A DNA stretch of 64,000 nucleotides from NCBI GenBank assembly GCA_951406725.2, contig OX597831.1, positions 10,044,001 through 10,108,000 on the forward strand, read 5' to 3'. Below, piece by piece: positions 13,695-27,984 of the stretch (position 1 is its first letter; each line of letters opens with the position of its first letter). A program made the position numbers and the translations under genes. Under the pieces are notes generated by a model that saw only the letters and a program-made list of their open reading frames with translations, made no database searches and had not been told where the DNA came from. This stretch comes from Octopus vulgaris. Its lineage: Eukaryota.

Positions 13695-14609
13695 CTTGTT
13701 GTCAAGATTCCTTCATTTAAATAAGCGAACGTGAAATTCGTGTTTGTTGTCGCACGTGAATTCTGCGTAAGATTGGGGAGATTGTTCTTTATTGCATTCT
13801 CTTCCACTTCCGATTAAAACTCTTATTCTATGACGGTTGAAATATTCCTGCTTCTTTTTCCATATTTTTAAAATCAACACCAATCAATATTTAGCCATCG
13901 AATTCTAAATAGCATTCTGAGGATTGCAAACAGCAGATATAGCTGCAAGCATGTCTCTCAGATGTAACAGCATTCTAAATGCCGAAGTTTCCTCTAAAAT
14001 GTATTCGAACACATTATCGTTTTCCAATAATCTTACCTAACTACAGGCATTTAAAAAAAAGTAGGATAATTCCTTCCTGAACAGTTCACCACAGTTATCC
14101 ATTTTTTTTTATATTTAGTTAGTTGTTGGTCTTCACGCCGCAATAGACTGGAATGAAATCTTTCCTAAACATTAGGTCTCACTAAAGGCAACCGTAGAAT
14201 AATTTTATGAGTCCATTTCTTTTAAGCTAACGAGTTTGTAGAATCGTTAGCACGATAGGCAAAATGCTTATAGGAACTTTGTCTGTTTTTACGTTCTGAT
14301 TTTCTGTTCTGCCGAGGTTGATTTCGATAGAGCGTATTAGATATGATACTGAGATCACCCCAAAATACTTCAGAAAAAAGGCATCCATGGGACAAATTTG
14401 GCAGTTTGTAGCATGATCTGCTAATTTTCGTTACTGTTGTCTAGTAGCAAATTGTTCGTTGTTTCATTAATACAGCCATCACCTGTTATATTTAAATATA
14501 TATTCTATATATTTGTTAGATCATGCAACTAATTCTATACGAGCATGGAATTTCTTCCTTGGATGTCATTATGTGACCCCGTTGGGCGATTATCTACAGA
14601 ATGCCATGT

Positions 14610-15135
14610 GGCAAGATTTTAGCTTCCGAGTTCATCCTGCTCCATGGCGCTTTGAGCATCTCTCTTCTACTATAACCTTGGTCCGGCCAACGTGTGGATT
14701 TGCTTGACGTAAACTGAAAGAAGCTGTATGTATGTATGTATGTATGTATGTATGTATGTATGTATGTATGTGTGTGTATGTATGAATGTGCGTATGTATG
14801 TATGTATGTATGTTTGTATGTATGTATATATGTGAGTGTGTGTCTGTGAGTAGTGTATGTTTATGTGTGTGTCTGTGAGTAATGTATGTTTATGTGTGTG
14901 TAAGTGTGTCTTTGTATCTGTGTTTACCTACCATATTTTGACAACCAGTGTTGGAGAATTTCCGTCCCCTTAACCTATCAGTTCGGTAAAAGAGAACGAT
15001 AGAATAAGTACGATGTTTTAAAATAAAATAAGTACCGAGGTGTATCCGTTCGATTACAATACTACAAGGCGGTGCACCTCTAAAGCCTCAATGTAATCAC
15101 TGAAACACTAACAGATTAAACAAAGATAAAAGATA
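14610..15135 (+). mobile_element. Diverged SINE family A with expanded (TATG)n
   Basis: AAACTGAAAGAAGC, GACAACCAGTGTTGG, GATAGAATAAGTAC, AAGGCGGTGC landmarks in order. Confidence 0.7.
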
Positions 15136-17006
15136 CTCTAATTCTCTTGTTTTCTCTTCAACATTTTGTTATCCTTAAGACTCAAGAATGTTGAAAAGAA
15201 CAAACAAAAAGAAAACAGGAAACAAAAAGCAATTCAATATATTTTACGAATACATTTTGCAAAGTTATATGCTTGTTCCAGCTTCCATAATATTAATAGC
15301 ACGTGATATACGTATTGTAAAACTTGTTTACAAAATTCTGCAAGAGGATTTCTCAAGATAGTAACTTATCGATATCACCTGTTTCTATTTTTGTCTTCTT
15401 GTTGAAGCAAATCTTTATATGGCAACGCGAAAGGCCTCGGGCGCCTTTTCTCAAACTCCATACTGTACACATAAGCTACTGGCATTCATTCTCTGTTTCT
15501 CCCCTTGACATCGTTTATACGTACCTTAAAATATTCGCTGATTCGTTAATTTGCATTTAAATGTCGGCGATTTTCTACTGTAAATTATTGATGATTTCTT
15601 GATTTTTCAGATCCTCTTCGCATAAATCAAAGGTAATGTTTAATATATTCAGCTAATATTTTATAGAATCCTGGAAATGATAATGCTTGTATCCGTGGTC
15701 TTCCTTAAAATAAATAACGAACTTCCAGTTGAAAACTTTTCATTCTTCAGTATTGATTGTTCCCCCTACCTTGCAAAACCCCGTCATTCCCCCCATATAA
15801 AGCGCATCTTTCAACTTTTATATAGGTGACTTCTAAATACTGCCTGAACAATTTTTTTTGTGCTCAATAGATAACAATCAATTTACGCCCGATCGACAGT
15901 CGAAAATTCCAAGTGTTGTCATATATCTCCTGTTATGAATATTTCTGTTTTACTCTGTTGAATTCCGTGTCACCCAATCTCACCGTGAGCAAAATGAGGG
16001 GAATAAGCAATAAGATGCAAATGGAAACTCTGACGAGTACCATTTATTATCGATCAATTACGATATCCGTGTTCTCTGAGAGAACAAAGCTTTTACCAAT
16101 AAATAGAGGCAATTTCATTCTTTATTGAAATATTCTACCACCTAATGCCTTACTTTCTTGTGAAATAAAATTCTTTAACGACGAGGAACATTGCCCAGGA
16201 TTGCTTTTGCTTCTGCTTCCAACTCCAATGAACACATTGAAAAACATCTCAACTCCAGGATCAAATCGATAAATAGTATTCATTATATTTACTAAACATT
16301 GAACATTTTAAGGAGTGTTCACCCGGTGTTTTGACGATTTGTTAAGCTCTGTTATGTATCAATATCCAAAGTGTTGTGTTTCATGATCAAGGCACAGTGC
16401 AAAATTTGTATAGCACGTGTGTCCTTCTAACTGCATTACTAAAGTCCTTCTCCTTCTCATGTATATATCTCCATTCTTAGGGAAATAAATGGGAAATAGT
16501 TGTTGCTCTCTTTCTTCTTTTAACGTCATATCGATTCTGCCATATTTTTCTGGGAAAATCTTAGTTTTTCTGGATAAGTTTATGGTTCGTAAAGCATATA
16601 TTTTTACGTTCTGGCATTAATTCAAAGATTCCTTTTTATGTTTAAAGGCTTCGAAGCAATTACATCCAGATTTCATGTCTCTGTTGTTGTAAGGTTCATC
16701 GACGTGATTTCAGTTTCCTTTTCGTTCTCTTTCATTCGTATTGTCTCTTCTTCCTTAAAATAGCGCTCTCTTCTGTTATAAATACTCTTTGCAATCTCAT
16801 TCATTCATATTTTCTCTTCTTTTATGATGCTTCACTCGTGTTCATTCCAGTAAATCACTTCTTATGTGTTTGTCTTATCAGTCCCCTCATATTCTCGAAG
16901 TCGCTTTTGTTAGCACGTGTCTTTGAACGCTGCCCCAAAAATTATGATATATTCAAACACCTTTCAGTTGCCGACAAGAATTATGTTGCCTAAGGTGTAT
17001 GCAGAG

Positions 17007-17039
<33 letters not shown>

Positions 17040-17213
17040 GTTCAATGATAAAAATATATATAAGAGAAAACAGAAACAAGAGAGGAAGAAATTATAATCT
17101 CCGCGCATCCTCCTTACACATTAATCAAATCACAAAATACACTTTCAGTAAATGATTCACACAGCTGTCTACTATATTCTAGAGAGTATTACACTTCGTA
17201 TTAAAACAATAAC

Positions 17214-17280
<67 letters not shown>

Positions 17281-17284
<4 letters not shown>

Positions 17285-17491
17285 GCCATGTTGATTCGCT
17301 AGCTTCTACACGCATTTTTTTCTCTCCTTGTTTCTCTCCGTGTTTCTTTTCTGTGTATCTTTCTGTTGAAGAGCGTAGGCTCGAAACGTAAAAGACTTGT
17401 TTGATTTATATTCCTGAGCGCCATACTAATACAATTGTTTGTTTGTATTCCACCTGCCTTCGTCTTTTGTTTATTTTCATAAAACTTCCCG
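17281..17491 (+). mobile_element. Short hammerhead-bearing element between (TA)n tracts (Penelope pLTR/retrozyme-like)
   Basis: Homologous to 17857-18083 in opposite orientation; bounded by (TA)n on both sides; contains HHR fold. Confidence 0.7.
17358..17395 (+). ncRNA. Minimal type I hammerhead ribozyme (U6 variant, extra A after A9)
   Basis: TCTTT-CTGTTGA-A-GAGC-gtag-GCTC-GAA-ACGT-A-AAAGA: stem I 5 bp, stem II 4 bp, palindromic ACGT stem III, GUA site. Confidence 0.65.
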
Positions 17492-17535
<44 letters not shown>

Positions 17536-17541
17536 TGAAAG

Positions 17542-17578
17542 TGTTACTTAGAGTTTCACGTTCCAGTTCGTCGGGCAG
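17542..17578 (-). ncRNA. Degenerate hammerhead motif of the 38710 family
   Basis: Minus strand CTGC-CCGACGA-AC-tggaac-GT-GAA-ACTCTAAGT-A-ACA. Core U4>C and stem mismatches; flanked by (TA)n. Confidence 0.5.
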
Positions 17579-17732
17579 TTTTGTTTAGAATATATATATA
17601 ATTGGTTCACAGGAGTTGGTCTACCGTAGTGTCTGGGTTCAATCTTTTAACCCGGAGACGTTGGCAAGTTTCTATCCATAGCATCGGGTAAATCAAAACC
17701 TTTTAAGTGCATTTGGTAGAGTGAGATCGAAT

Positions 17733-17838
<106 letters not shown>

Positions 17839-17856
17839 TATATATATATATATATA

Positions 17857-18083
17857 GGGAGAGTTTACGATAAAAACAAAAGGCGAAAGACAGGTGATAT
17901 ACAAAACAAACAGATGTATTAGTATAACGCTCAGGAATAGAAAAAGTCTTTTACGTTTCGAGCCTACGCTCTTCTACAGAAAGAGATACAGAAAAAAACA
18001 AGGAGAGAAACAAGGAGAGAAAACAAGGAGAGGAACACGGAGAGAGAAAAAAATGTGTGTAGTGGCTAACGACCTATCGTGGC
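17857..18083 (-). mobile_element. Second copy of the hammerhead-bearing element of 17281-17491
   Basis: Reverse-complement similarity along its length; 3' end abuts (TA)n. Confidence 0.7.
17947..17984 (-). ncRNA. Minimal type I hammerhead ribozyme (U6 variant)
   Basis: Minus strand TCTTT-CTGTAGA-A-GAGC-gtag-GCTC-GAA-ACGT-A-AAAGA; differs from 17358-17395 only at position 7. Confidence 0.65.
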
Positions 18084-18261
18084 ATAGGTTTTTGTGTGCG
18101 TTTCTGTCCGATAAAATAAGCACAAGGCTTAAGATCATAAACACTGAGGTGGATTCATTTATTAACGATTCCTGTAGGTGTGTGTGTGTGTATATATGTG
18201 TGTATATATATTTACATGCGCACGGTTGCTTGTGATTCTCTGTTCATCTAGTGTTCTTTCT

Positions 18262-18298
<37 letters not shown>

Positions 18299-19657
18299 TC
18301 TCTCTCTCTTACTTTGCGGAGGATAACACCTCGCAATTTAATTGTTAGCTTCATTTAACTGCCGCATAAATAGTTTGGTCAAAGAAACGAACGTAGATAA
18401 AGACAGAGAATGCAAGGCCATCAAGTGAAAGTGTAAAAGCTTGAACGAATAAAAAGAATGATATCAAACAAGATACAAATAGTAGCTAAGTTTCCCTATT
18501 TCAAGTGAGTCATTATCATTGTTGATGCCGTCGCCAAATGTGATGCGAACGTAAAACATAATCTTTATACAGAGAAAAACAAAAAAAAAATTGCACTGAA
18601 TCAAAGAAGATAATATAAAGTTCTCTATCACTACCAATTTTCTTTTTTTTGTATAGAATTTAAACTTGCGCCCCACCCACAAACAAACTGAAAAAAAATA
18701 TCTAAGAACTTTTGTCTCCTTTGTGGCACGGGATTATAATCCGGCAAGTATTCCCGTGTGCGCCATAGGCTCAAGATCCAAAGCAGGGAAGCTTCCAAGA
18801 GTGGTGAAATATAAGTGACACTAATGGATTAATGTAATAATATATGTATCTTAATTGCTATATATACAACGTGAATGACAATTTTACTGCAGTGTTCAGA
18901 TATTCTAGAGATAACATCTTTTATGGACGTGTTTTCATTAAAGACTCAACGTATTTAAGGGAGACACAAATGCTCCCAGGAGAAAGGCACATGTTTTTCT
19001 TGTTCGTCGGGCATTGTCGATGATATGAACTCAAATCCCACAGCAAGCTTCGATGATAATTGCCTTTACCGAATGATAGGAAAACAGTGGTTGTACGAAA
19101 AGCCCCCCTACAGAATAAAAGCCCTTTATATGCAACAGAAGTAGCATTAGATTCAAACATATACTTATATATCACATTCCATGCAAACAATCGTAAAGGC
19201 AAATTTTCCGTGTCTAATAATTATTGGTCGTCAGCGTTTATTATGCCAATATTAATTTCGATATTACTTCTCAGGTGGAAGGCATCTGTCATATGCTTAC
19301 GTTCAATTTCTCCATCATAAAGAATGTAAAATCTGATAAATTAATCTAGAAATAAATTAATATCTAGAATGTGATTATATTCGGTTCATACGCAATATTT
19401 ATCATTTGCTGATGAGTTGAAAATAAGACACAATTACGTGCCATTCCCGTCGAACTAATGCAAATTACATTAGTCATTAACAAATACTATCCATTGCTCA
19501 TCAAATAATTCTAGTTGGCTGTTTTATGTTATGTGTTTTAAGCAAATTCGTTTCTAATGTTCACACTTGGCCCCAAGTGTGGAGGTGCTTCCGAATGTTT
19601 TGGCTGAATATAATCAGCTCTGAAAATCTCCCAGTTATTTCCTTCAAACCCTATATA

Positions 19658-20066
19658 ACTATTTCTTTACTACCCACAAGGGGCTAAACACAGAAGGGAC
19701 AAACAGAGACAGACAAACGAATTAAGTCGATTACATCTACCCCAGTGCGTAACTGGTACTTATATTAAATCGACCCCGAAAGGATGAAAGGCAAAGTTGA
19801 CCTCGGCGGAATTTGAACTCAGAAAGAAACGGCAGACGAAATACCTGATTCTTTATTACCCACAAGTGGCTAAACACAGAGGGGACAAACAGAGACAGAT
19901 AAACGGATTAAGTCGATTACATCTACCCCAGTGCGTAACTGGTACTTATATTTAATCGACCCCGAAAGGATGAAAGGCAAAGTTGACCTCGGCGGAATTT
20001 GAACTCAGAACGTAACGGCAGACGAAATACGGCTACGCATTTCGCCCGGCGTGCTAACGTTTCTGC
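19658..20066 (-). mobile_element. SINE family B with tandem ~187-bp partial duplication
   Basis: Two consecutive TTCTTTA.TACCCACAAG...GGCAGACGAAATAC units sharing the private variant ACATCTACCCC. Confidence 0.9.
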
Positions 20067-20289
20067 AAGATAACCGTAATCCTTGCAAAACGAAATTCAT
20101 TCAATGCAGTCAAAGCATTCAATGAAAGGTACATTACGATTAGAATAATGTTGTTATATTTATTTGCGGAAAGGGGCCAAGCCAACAAACTGCTTTATCC
20201 ATCTCAAAAGGAATCTTTAGTTCTACATCAAACAGAAAGCCAGGTAACTTCTTGGAACTAATATTCAGTTTAAAATATCTTTTTTTTCA

Positions 20290-20735
20290 CTAAGAACCTG
20301 CTCCTGATCTTGGTTTCAAAGAACAGGAATTTCAGGGACGGGGATGGGTACGTGAATTTTATCAACCCCAGTGTTGAACTGGTACTAATTTATCGACACC
20401 GACAGGATTAATGGCAAAGTCTACCCCGGCGGAATTTTGAAGTCAGAACATAAGGATGGACGAAATGTCACTCAACATTTGGCCTGGCAGCTACCAACTC
20501 TGCTAGCTCACACCATTAAAATTGGTTTCAAATTTTGATACAAGGCCAGCAATTTTGCGTGACGGTGTAAGGCGATTATATTGAGCATAATGCTCAGCTG
20601 GAATTTATGTTATCGACTCCGAACGGATGAAAGGAACAATCGGCCTCGGCGGAATTTGATCTCAGAACGTAAAGACGGACGAAATGCTGCTAAGTATATT
20701 GCTCAGAGTGCTAACCTCTTCTATCCACTTGCCGG
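20290..20735 (-). mobile_element. Two older SINE family B-related copies in tandem
   Basis: GGCGGAATTT(T)GA..TCAGAAC..AA.GA.GGACGAAATG occurs twice. Confidence 0.7.
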
Positions 20736-21254
20736 CTATGTGCATCAGATATCTTATAATAAAATTGATTCTATATAATTTAGAAAATTCCCCACCTCAG
20801 AGTAATCCTTTCCTTTGGTCACTGTCCCAGTGATGTGTAGCATTCTGGAAAATTCAAACAATATACGTGGTAAGACGCAACCATCTCCGTGGGATTTAAA
20901 AAAAAATGTTAGTGAATGTAAAAAGCAATCACATCATTTTATTATCAGCTGGTCCTTCTTTATGCAGGTTTACATATCAATATAATGTAAGTATCTCCTC
21001 CTCATACATCCTTATTTATTTTAATGAAACCTGCAGGTAAAGTTAAACTTTCCTAAGTAGAATTTGATCTGAAGAAACAGGTAATGTTGCTTTTAATTGA
21101 TATCGTTATTTCGTCTCAACAGTTTTCCAACAACGTCTGTAAAACGATAGAAAACACAACTTGGGCATGCTGAAAAGGTCCTGTATTTGTGTAAAACAAA
21201 ATACAGGAGGCTCAGTTGATTATGAATTTATTCAACATATACAAATTTCAGATT

Positions 21255-21428
21255 TTAGCACGCCGGGCGAAATGCGTAGCCGTATTTCGTCCGCCGTTAC
21301 GTTCTGAGTTCAAATTCCGATAAATTAAGTACCAGTTATACACCGGTGTCAATATAATCGACTTAATACGTTTGTCTGTCCTTGTTTGTCCCCTCTATGT
21401 TTAGCCCCATGTGGGTAGTAAAGAAATA
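21255..21428 (+). mobile_element. SINE family B, internally deleted
   Basis: TTAGCACGCCGGGCGAAATGCG...TTCAAATTCC joined directly to GATAAATTAAGTACC. Confidence 0.85.
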
Positions 21429-21609
21429 CATATACATATTTCAGATTCACACACTTTTGCATTGGTCCTTCATTTTCTTTTAAGCCCAGTAAAGGAATTC
21501 GGAAGTTTGAACATCCAGTTAGGCCTTTCGTACAACTAATATTTTCATCTGATTAATAAATATCATATTCTTGACAGTTCTCCAAGTATTTGTTAGCTTC
21601 TATAATGTT

Positions 21610-21890
21610 ATTGGTCTTGTTTGTACCCTGTATGTTTAGCCTCCTGTGGGCAATAAAGAAATCAATATTATTAAGGATAGTGGCGGTGAGCTGGCAGAAA
21701 CGTTAGCATACCTGACGAAATGCTTTGCGGCATTTCGTCTGTTTTTACGTTCTGAGTTCAAATTCCGCAGAGGTCGACATTGCTTTTCGGCATCGATAAA
21801 TCAAATACCACTTGCGTGCTGCAGACGATCTAATCGACTGCTCCGCTCTCCACAAAATTTCGGCCCTTGTGCCTAGAGTAGAAAAGAATA
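21610..21890 (+). mobile_element. SINE family B tail fragment plus B-related copy
   Basis: GTTTAGCCTCCTGTGGGCAATAAAGAAAT then GGCGGTGAGCTGGCAGAAACG. Confidence 0.75.
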
Positions 21891-23845
21891 TTATTACCCC
21901 TAGAATAAAAGTGAAGTGAAATGTCTTACACTTGGATCCAGCTTTTTGCTTCCGAATTTGTTTGCGAGAAGAGGTTTTCGTTCGATGGCAAAACGATGCA
22001 AGAAATATATAATAAATGGTGTCTCTTTCACAGTTGTGTGCAATTGGGATGTTTACAGCATTTGCTTTGAGAAGTGAATCGAGTCCAACAGAGAATTGAT
22101 ACATGGTTGTAGTGTCTATCTATTGTGAATGGAACCTAAAGAGATGCTTTGTTTATGAACAATGGTAATTCCTGGTCTATAGAAGACTGTTCAAATTACG
22201 AATGAAGTAATTAATAGTATTTTAAATATATAATCAGACGTTAAATCTCGCTTCTAAGTTTTATTTCCGCTGGCTGCACAAAGAACGAGTGGATATTAAA
22301 CGATTGATTTCAAAATATAAAGTTCAAACTATTTGATTTTCTAAAACATTTATAAATAGTCTGAATAATCTCATCTGTTAGCTAATTATCGACTCATAAA
22401 TTTACTTTGTAATAACTTTAGAAACAGACTATTTTGTCAAATGTGTTTGCTTTGTTCAATAAATCAGTTTTTTTAGTTGCTGTTCTTTGTTCTCAATATT
22501 TACGTCAATAATATTTTTAAACGTCATCTTTATTATTTCATAATTTTATTATGTTGCACAATTCCAATGATTTTAAGGTATGTGTATTTATTTTTCACAA
22601 TAACTTCCGTTCCGAACGTCATGAAAGTGATGGTTCCATAAAGACGTATCAGCCAACCATATCGGATATTTTTAGTAAATTTGAACTATAGCAGGCGAGC
22701 AGACACCATGTCTGCAGTGTGGCTATAAACAATATAGTTAACACTCAATGGCCCGCTACACACTTCTAGCTTGACTGTAAGAAGATACTAGAAAGTTGTA
22801 TCTTTAACCGCTGTAAATATTAGCAGCACAGTAAAATCGATGAGTAATCTGTTGGCAGGCAGAGGTCAGATCATATCAGTTGGTGTGGCCTCTACTCTTC
22901 CTTTTTAGAATCCCAAATCATGTTAGTCTTACCTCTGCCCCACAAGCATTAGTACTGCCAACACAGAGACGGTGAGCTTGCAGAATCGTTGCTGCACCGT
23001 AAAGAAAAAAAACAAAAACACATAACGACATTTCTTCCGACTTTACGTTGAGTTCAAATACCGCCGGCATCTACTGTGCTTTTCACTTACTTAGAGTACG
23101 CGTTGAGCAATGGGGCAATGTAATCGGCTTATGCCTCACAACACAGAACAACACACACACACGCACACGCACGCACACACAAACACATACACACACACAC
23201 ACACTACTAATCATTCAAATATACATATACACGATTTTGATCACAAGATTCGAACCTCTTAAGGAAGATAAATGATAAAGTGAGATTATATAATTAATTC
23301 TTTCAGGTTTTCACGAGACAAAGAATTTTGGCGTTTGTTTTTTTCAGTCACAAATACTATTGCCTTCATAAACATAAATATTAGGTTAAACTAAGTTAAA
23401 TATTTTCCTCACATCCTTCTTCTCTGAATAAAATAAAGTATTACTCTAGACGTAAGTTTGAGGTCATTCACTACTTCTTGTCCTTTAAAATTGCTGTTCT
23501 TGTGTCTGAATCAGTGACACTGAGATGACAGGCCCGTTAAAAGGTGGGGAAATACCTTCCAGTTTTTGCTCTTGCCCTTTACATTATCAGTTGTTACCCT
23601 GCCACTATCGAATGAGCCTTTCAGTCTTTCGGGTTCCGTAAAATATAATACTAGATGATTACTGGTGTGAATGCAATCGATTAACCCACTCCCTTTACTA
23701 TTGCTGGCCCTGTGCTAAAATGTGAAAGAACCAAAAGCAATGAGCTGGCAGAATCCTTGGTGCGTGGAACAAAATGCTTAGCGGCATTCCTTCCAACTCT
23801 TTACGCTCATGGTTCTAAACTCGATCAGGTCGACAGTAATACAAT

Positions 23846-24078
23846 ACCTATTTCTTTACTATCCACAAGGGACTAAACACAGAGGGGACAAACAAGGACA
23901 GACAAAGGGATGAAGTCGATTACATCGACCCCTGTGAGTAACTGGTACTTAATTTATTGACCCTTAAAGGATGAAAGGCAAAGTCTACCTCGATGGAATT
24001 TCAACTAAGAACGTAACGGCAGACGAAATACGGCCACGCATTTCGCCCTGCATGCTAACGTTTCTGCCAGCTCACCGC
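23846..24078 (-). mobile_element. SINE family B, full length
   Basis: End-to-end match to the family B copies. Confidence 0.9.
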
Positions 24079-25246
24079 TTTTCGACAGTTATACAAAATG
24101 TACCAATTGAGAACTGGGGTCGATGTAATAGAGGTTGGAAACGGGTCCCCGTCACCTCGATAAAACAAAATGTAAATTCTTGGCTTTTTGCTAACATTTG
24201 AAATCTTTCTTTAGATTGGAATGAACATTCAAGTTGAATTTGAAATTTACTCTGTAATCGTAATTGTCCCTTGTGCTTCAAAAATTATACACCCTTCGCA
24301 TGTATATTTAAAAGTATATTTAATATAGATAATGGAATATAACCCAGTATTTAAGATTTACTGTTTCTCTGTTTAAATATTTACATGTTTAAGTATTCCC
24401 CTGTATAAGTATTTCCCTGTGTGTTTCTGATATGATAAGGATGGGTGTCATGAGAACATTATATAGAAATTGAAAAAGTTAAACTTTCTAAGAATTCATT
24501 TTAACTAAAAGCTGTTTAACGCACTTAATAAGCATTTTATTTAATTATTAAAGTACCGTAATTGATTAAATTAAGGACATAAACTGCATATTATGTGCAT
24601 CCTACACTCAGCAGCACATATTCAGGATAAGGTTTTAGTGCATTAAAACATGTAATATGGGTCCATTTTCGTAATTACAATCCTGAGCGATTTTTTGAGA
24701 CAGTTTTTGTTTTTAAAATGTGAGATTTATATTGAATCAACCTGGATAGTCGTTGTTGTAAAGATGCTACAGCAATTCAACCAAACGTGTAGCTGTTTAC
24801 GAAATTACAGGCGTAATATATATATATATTATTGTGCCGGTTAAGACTATGAGTTCTGGTTCATGTGAAGACTGCGCAATAAATATTTACCAAAACGCAT
24901 TCGCAACGTCAGCAGTATTTTCTTTCTTGTCTTTGTATAAAGGAATTTATTCCGAAACACATTAGGATCATTAAACACCTTGACTAAGGTAATACACTAG
25001 CGTTTTTCTTTGTTTCTATCCATCGATATTACCCTATGTACTTTACTAAACTTTTTACCTACATTGCTCATGAACACTTATTGAAAAGCTTGAGTCAATT
25101 TACGATACTCTGTTTAGCAAATCAAGAAATTATATCGAACCAGGATGATGAATAGCATTGAGACTCTGATGTTGATCTTAGTATCGCGTTTGGCAATCAG
25201 TGTTTGTTCTACAAAAGAATAAATATTATCCTATAGGAATAATCTA

Positions 25247-25640
25247 GGCACAGGCCTGGCTGTGTGGTAATATATTTGTTTCCTAATCACATGGTTCCGG
25301 GCTCATTTTCACTGCCTGACACCTTGGGTGTCTTCTATTGTAATCTCGTGCCGACCAAAGCCTTGCGAGTGGATTTGATAGACGCTGACTGGAAGAAGCA
25401 CGTCGTGTGTGTGTGTCTTTGTTTTCTGTGCTTGTCTTCCATCAGCACTTGACAACTGGTGTTGGTGCGTTTACGTAATTGTAACTTTGCGATTTGATAA
25501 ATCAGACCGATAGAATAAGTACTGTACTTTAAATAATGCACTGGAATCGATTCATTCGGCTACAATTTCTCCAAAGCGCTGCCCCGGAATGACTGGAGTC
25601 TAATAACTAAAATAAATGCAAGTTTAAACGATAAAAGATA
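25247..25640 (+). mobile_element. Diverged SINE family A
   Basis: GGCTGTGTGGTAA...CACATGGTTCCGGG...CCGATAGAATAAGTAC. Confidence 0.75.
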
Positions 25641-27561
25641 ATCTTCAAAGCTTAATGGTTGTTATTCCGCGTGTCTAGCTAAACCCTATCTCCCTGTAGC
25701 CGAATATAGTTGGAATTTACAGACACAAGGTTGGATAAATTCAGCGAAACTAACATCAATGCAGGTTCTCCTTTGTTAAGAAACGTAAATGAACAAACTA
25801 ACGAAAAATAGAATGAATGAATAAATTTATGTTCTCATATTTGTGGCTGCGCCTCCGAAATCAGAGTCGACTCGTGTCTTCTTACTTCATACACTTCTCG
25901 GGGAAATCAAAGGTAAGTGGCTACTAGTTCTCTTCTAATCCGTCGTAGCTCATCTCTCTCTCTCTCTCTGGTCAGTCACAAGCAGCGACGGGTTGTGCAC
26001 AGAGCTGACAGTGTCATAGACCGGATACCTTAGAAGGCCGCGCAACTCACCCCACCTACCAAGCAAAATCGTTGTCTTTGTAGTGTGTGTATTACTGCTA
26101 TGTAGAATAGACATGTTTTAACGAAAGTGTCCGGATGTGCTCCATTGAAAATAGTGTTGCGACACGTCCCACTCAGAACGAGACTTTCTGAAACCCTAAA
26201 CCCTTCAAAGTTTACCAAACATTATCTTAATTCGTTGTATTTTTTCTGTTACGTTTCTTGAAACGCTGCTCACCAAACAAACCTTGCGGGGGAGCCTGTC
26301 TAGTCGTCGACAACCTGAATGGTTCGTTGCCAATCATGTTTTCTTTAGCAATTCTGCGTGACCTGACATAGGAAGTATATTTAGCCACGAAGACAAAGAT
26401 TATATCAGATAGCACGTTAAGAAGTATATTTAGTCATAAAACAATATATCAAATAGCAATTAAAGTATATGTGCATAATCATTCTACACATCATTTCTGG
26501 GTGTCTAATTTAAACATTGAGTTGGTTGTTAGATTCTGAGATGAAACTCTGATAACATACCGTACTAAAACTATCGAGTTGTTTATACAAAAAAACATAG
26601 GAGTTGGCTGCTTTTGACCTTATCTCTTCAATAGAATCCCGCGAATGTTTGTGTTGCCTTTTGCAACTAAAATTATTTTGTATCTGATTCAACATTAGAT
26701 TTTTAACATAAAAAAAAGTTTTATAGCTGAATGATTAATGGGCGGTTAGATAAAAATGCTAATTCCGTCTCCAGCCCTGCATCAATAATTAAGCTGAGTT
26801 CCTTTTCCACAAATATTACGAAACTGTTTTAAAAACTATATCCGTATATACGTAATGCATAGTCCTTCCATAGAATGGTTTTTAAAATGAATTTTGGGTT
26901 CAATAATCGCATTTTGAACGTAATTTTGATTGGATACTTTGAAGTTTCTGGGATATTTCTTCTTAAATTCATTCAATTCCGTTATGCTACAATCTAACTG
27001 AAGGCAGTAAGATGAAAACTAAGTAGTGAGATATTTAGGATAAAGAATTGAATCAATTATTCCAGTGATTATTGCGTTTCCACCGCTCTTGTATTGATGG
27101 AATAAATATTACCTTTCGTGATTGCAATAATTTATTCATAATTGCAATCATTAATTGAATTAGTTATCTATTGGAAATATGCGTGCATATTTATCAAATA
27201 TACATTCCTGCCAATGCGATCAGAATCGTTCATATGCATTACGGGCTATCTGATAAGTTAATCTTATTAGTTAACAGGTAAAATTACCTTACATTCAGAT
27301 GCATATACGTGCTCATGCGACCCGATGAAAAGAGCGGTCAATTTTCACTCAACTAGCACTATTCCGTTTCCAATAAATAATGGTTCTACTTGACTCTATG
27401 ATCCGGCACGCCCTTACAACAATGAGGTGTTAGAAACTGAAATACTGTCGACCTCAGCTCCGTTCACACAGGGCACCTCTAGGGCTTAATATGACGACCA
27501 CTGTTATATTCCATCTCATAAATAAATAGAATACATGATATAAATACAAAGCAACGATTCC

Positions 27562-27984
27562 GGATCTTTTCGGTTTGAACGGCAGTTTTTAACATAATTT
27601 CTTTGTAACTAAAAAGTTTTAAACTTCGTATACTGGTAGAATGTGTTTATAAAACATCTTTTTCTCTTGGCTTTATTGAGAAGATTCTATAGTTTGTAAG
27701 ATATTTGTTGTTTTTTCTTCAATTTCTGCAATTTCAACCAATGAATGACATCTATTGTGGCAAAAAAAAAATTCTGTGCCGTATGAATATGTCACTCGTT
27801 TAAGAAACAGATTGGGTTTATTTACATTTGTTAAGAAAAAAGATACTCTTCCCCCCACCCTCACCCCTAACCCTAACCCTAAAACAGATTGAAATGCAAT
27901 AGATCGATACTAGGGTCATGATTATGGGTGACAATTTCATATGACACCGCTATAAAAAAACTGCTGTTCAAACCGAAAAGATCC
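27562..27984. mobile_element. Intact MITE (Merlin-like), ~29-bp TIRs, 8-bp TSD, internal (CCCTAA)3
   Basis: TIR GGATCTTTTCGGTTTGAACGGCAGTTTTT / AAAAACTGCTGTTCAAACCGAAAAGATCC (one mismatch). TSD ACGATTCC at 27554-27561 and 27985-27992. GG termini with an 8-bp TSD fit Merlin. Confidence 0.9.

Noticed and set aside
15300-16900. Possible decayed L1/Tx1-type LINE on the minus strand
   Set aside because: Only vague compositional hints; no diagnostic motif recoverable by eye.
18921-19320. 93-aa and 86-aa ORFs in unique-looking DNA
   Set aside because: No identifiable family; lengths are within chance expectation.
27865-27882. Telomere or chromosome fusion site
   Set aside because: Only three units, located inside a TIR element with a TSD.
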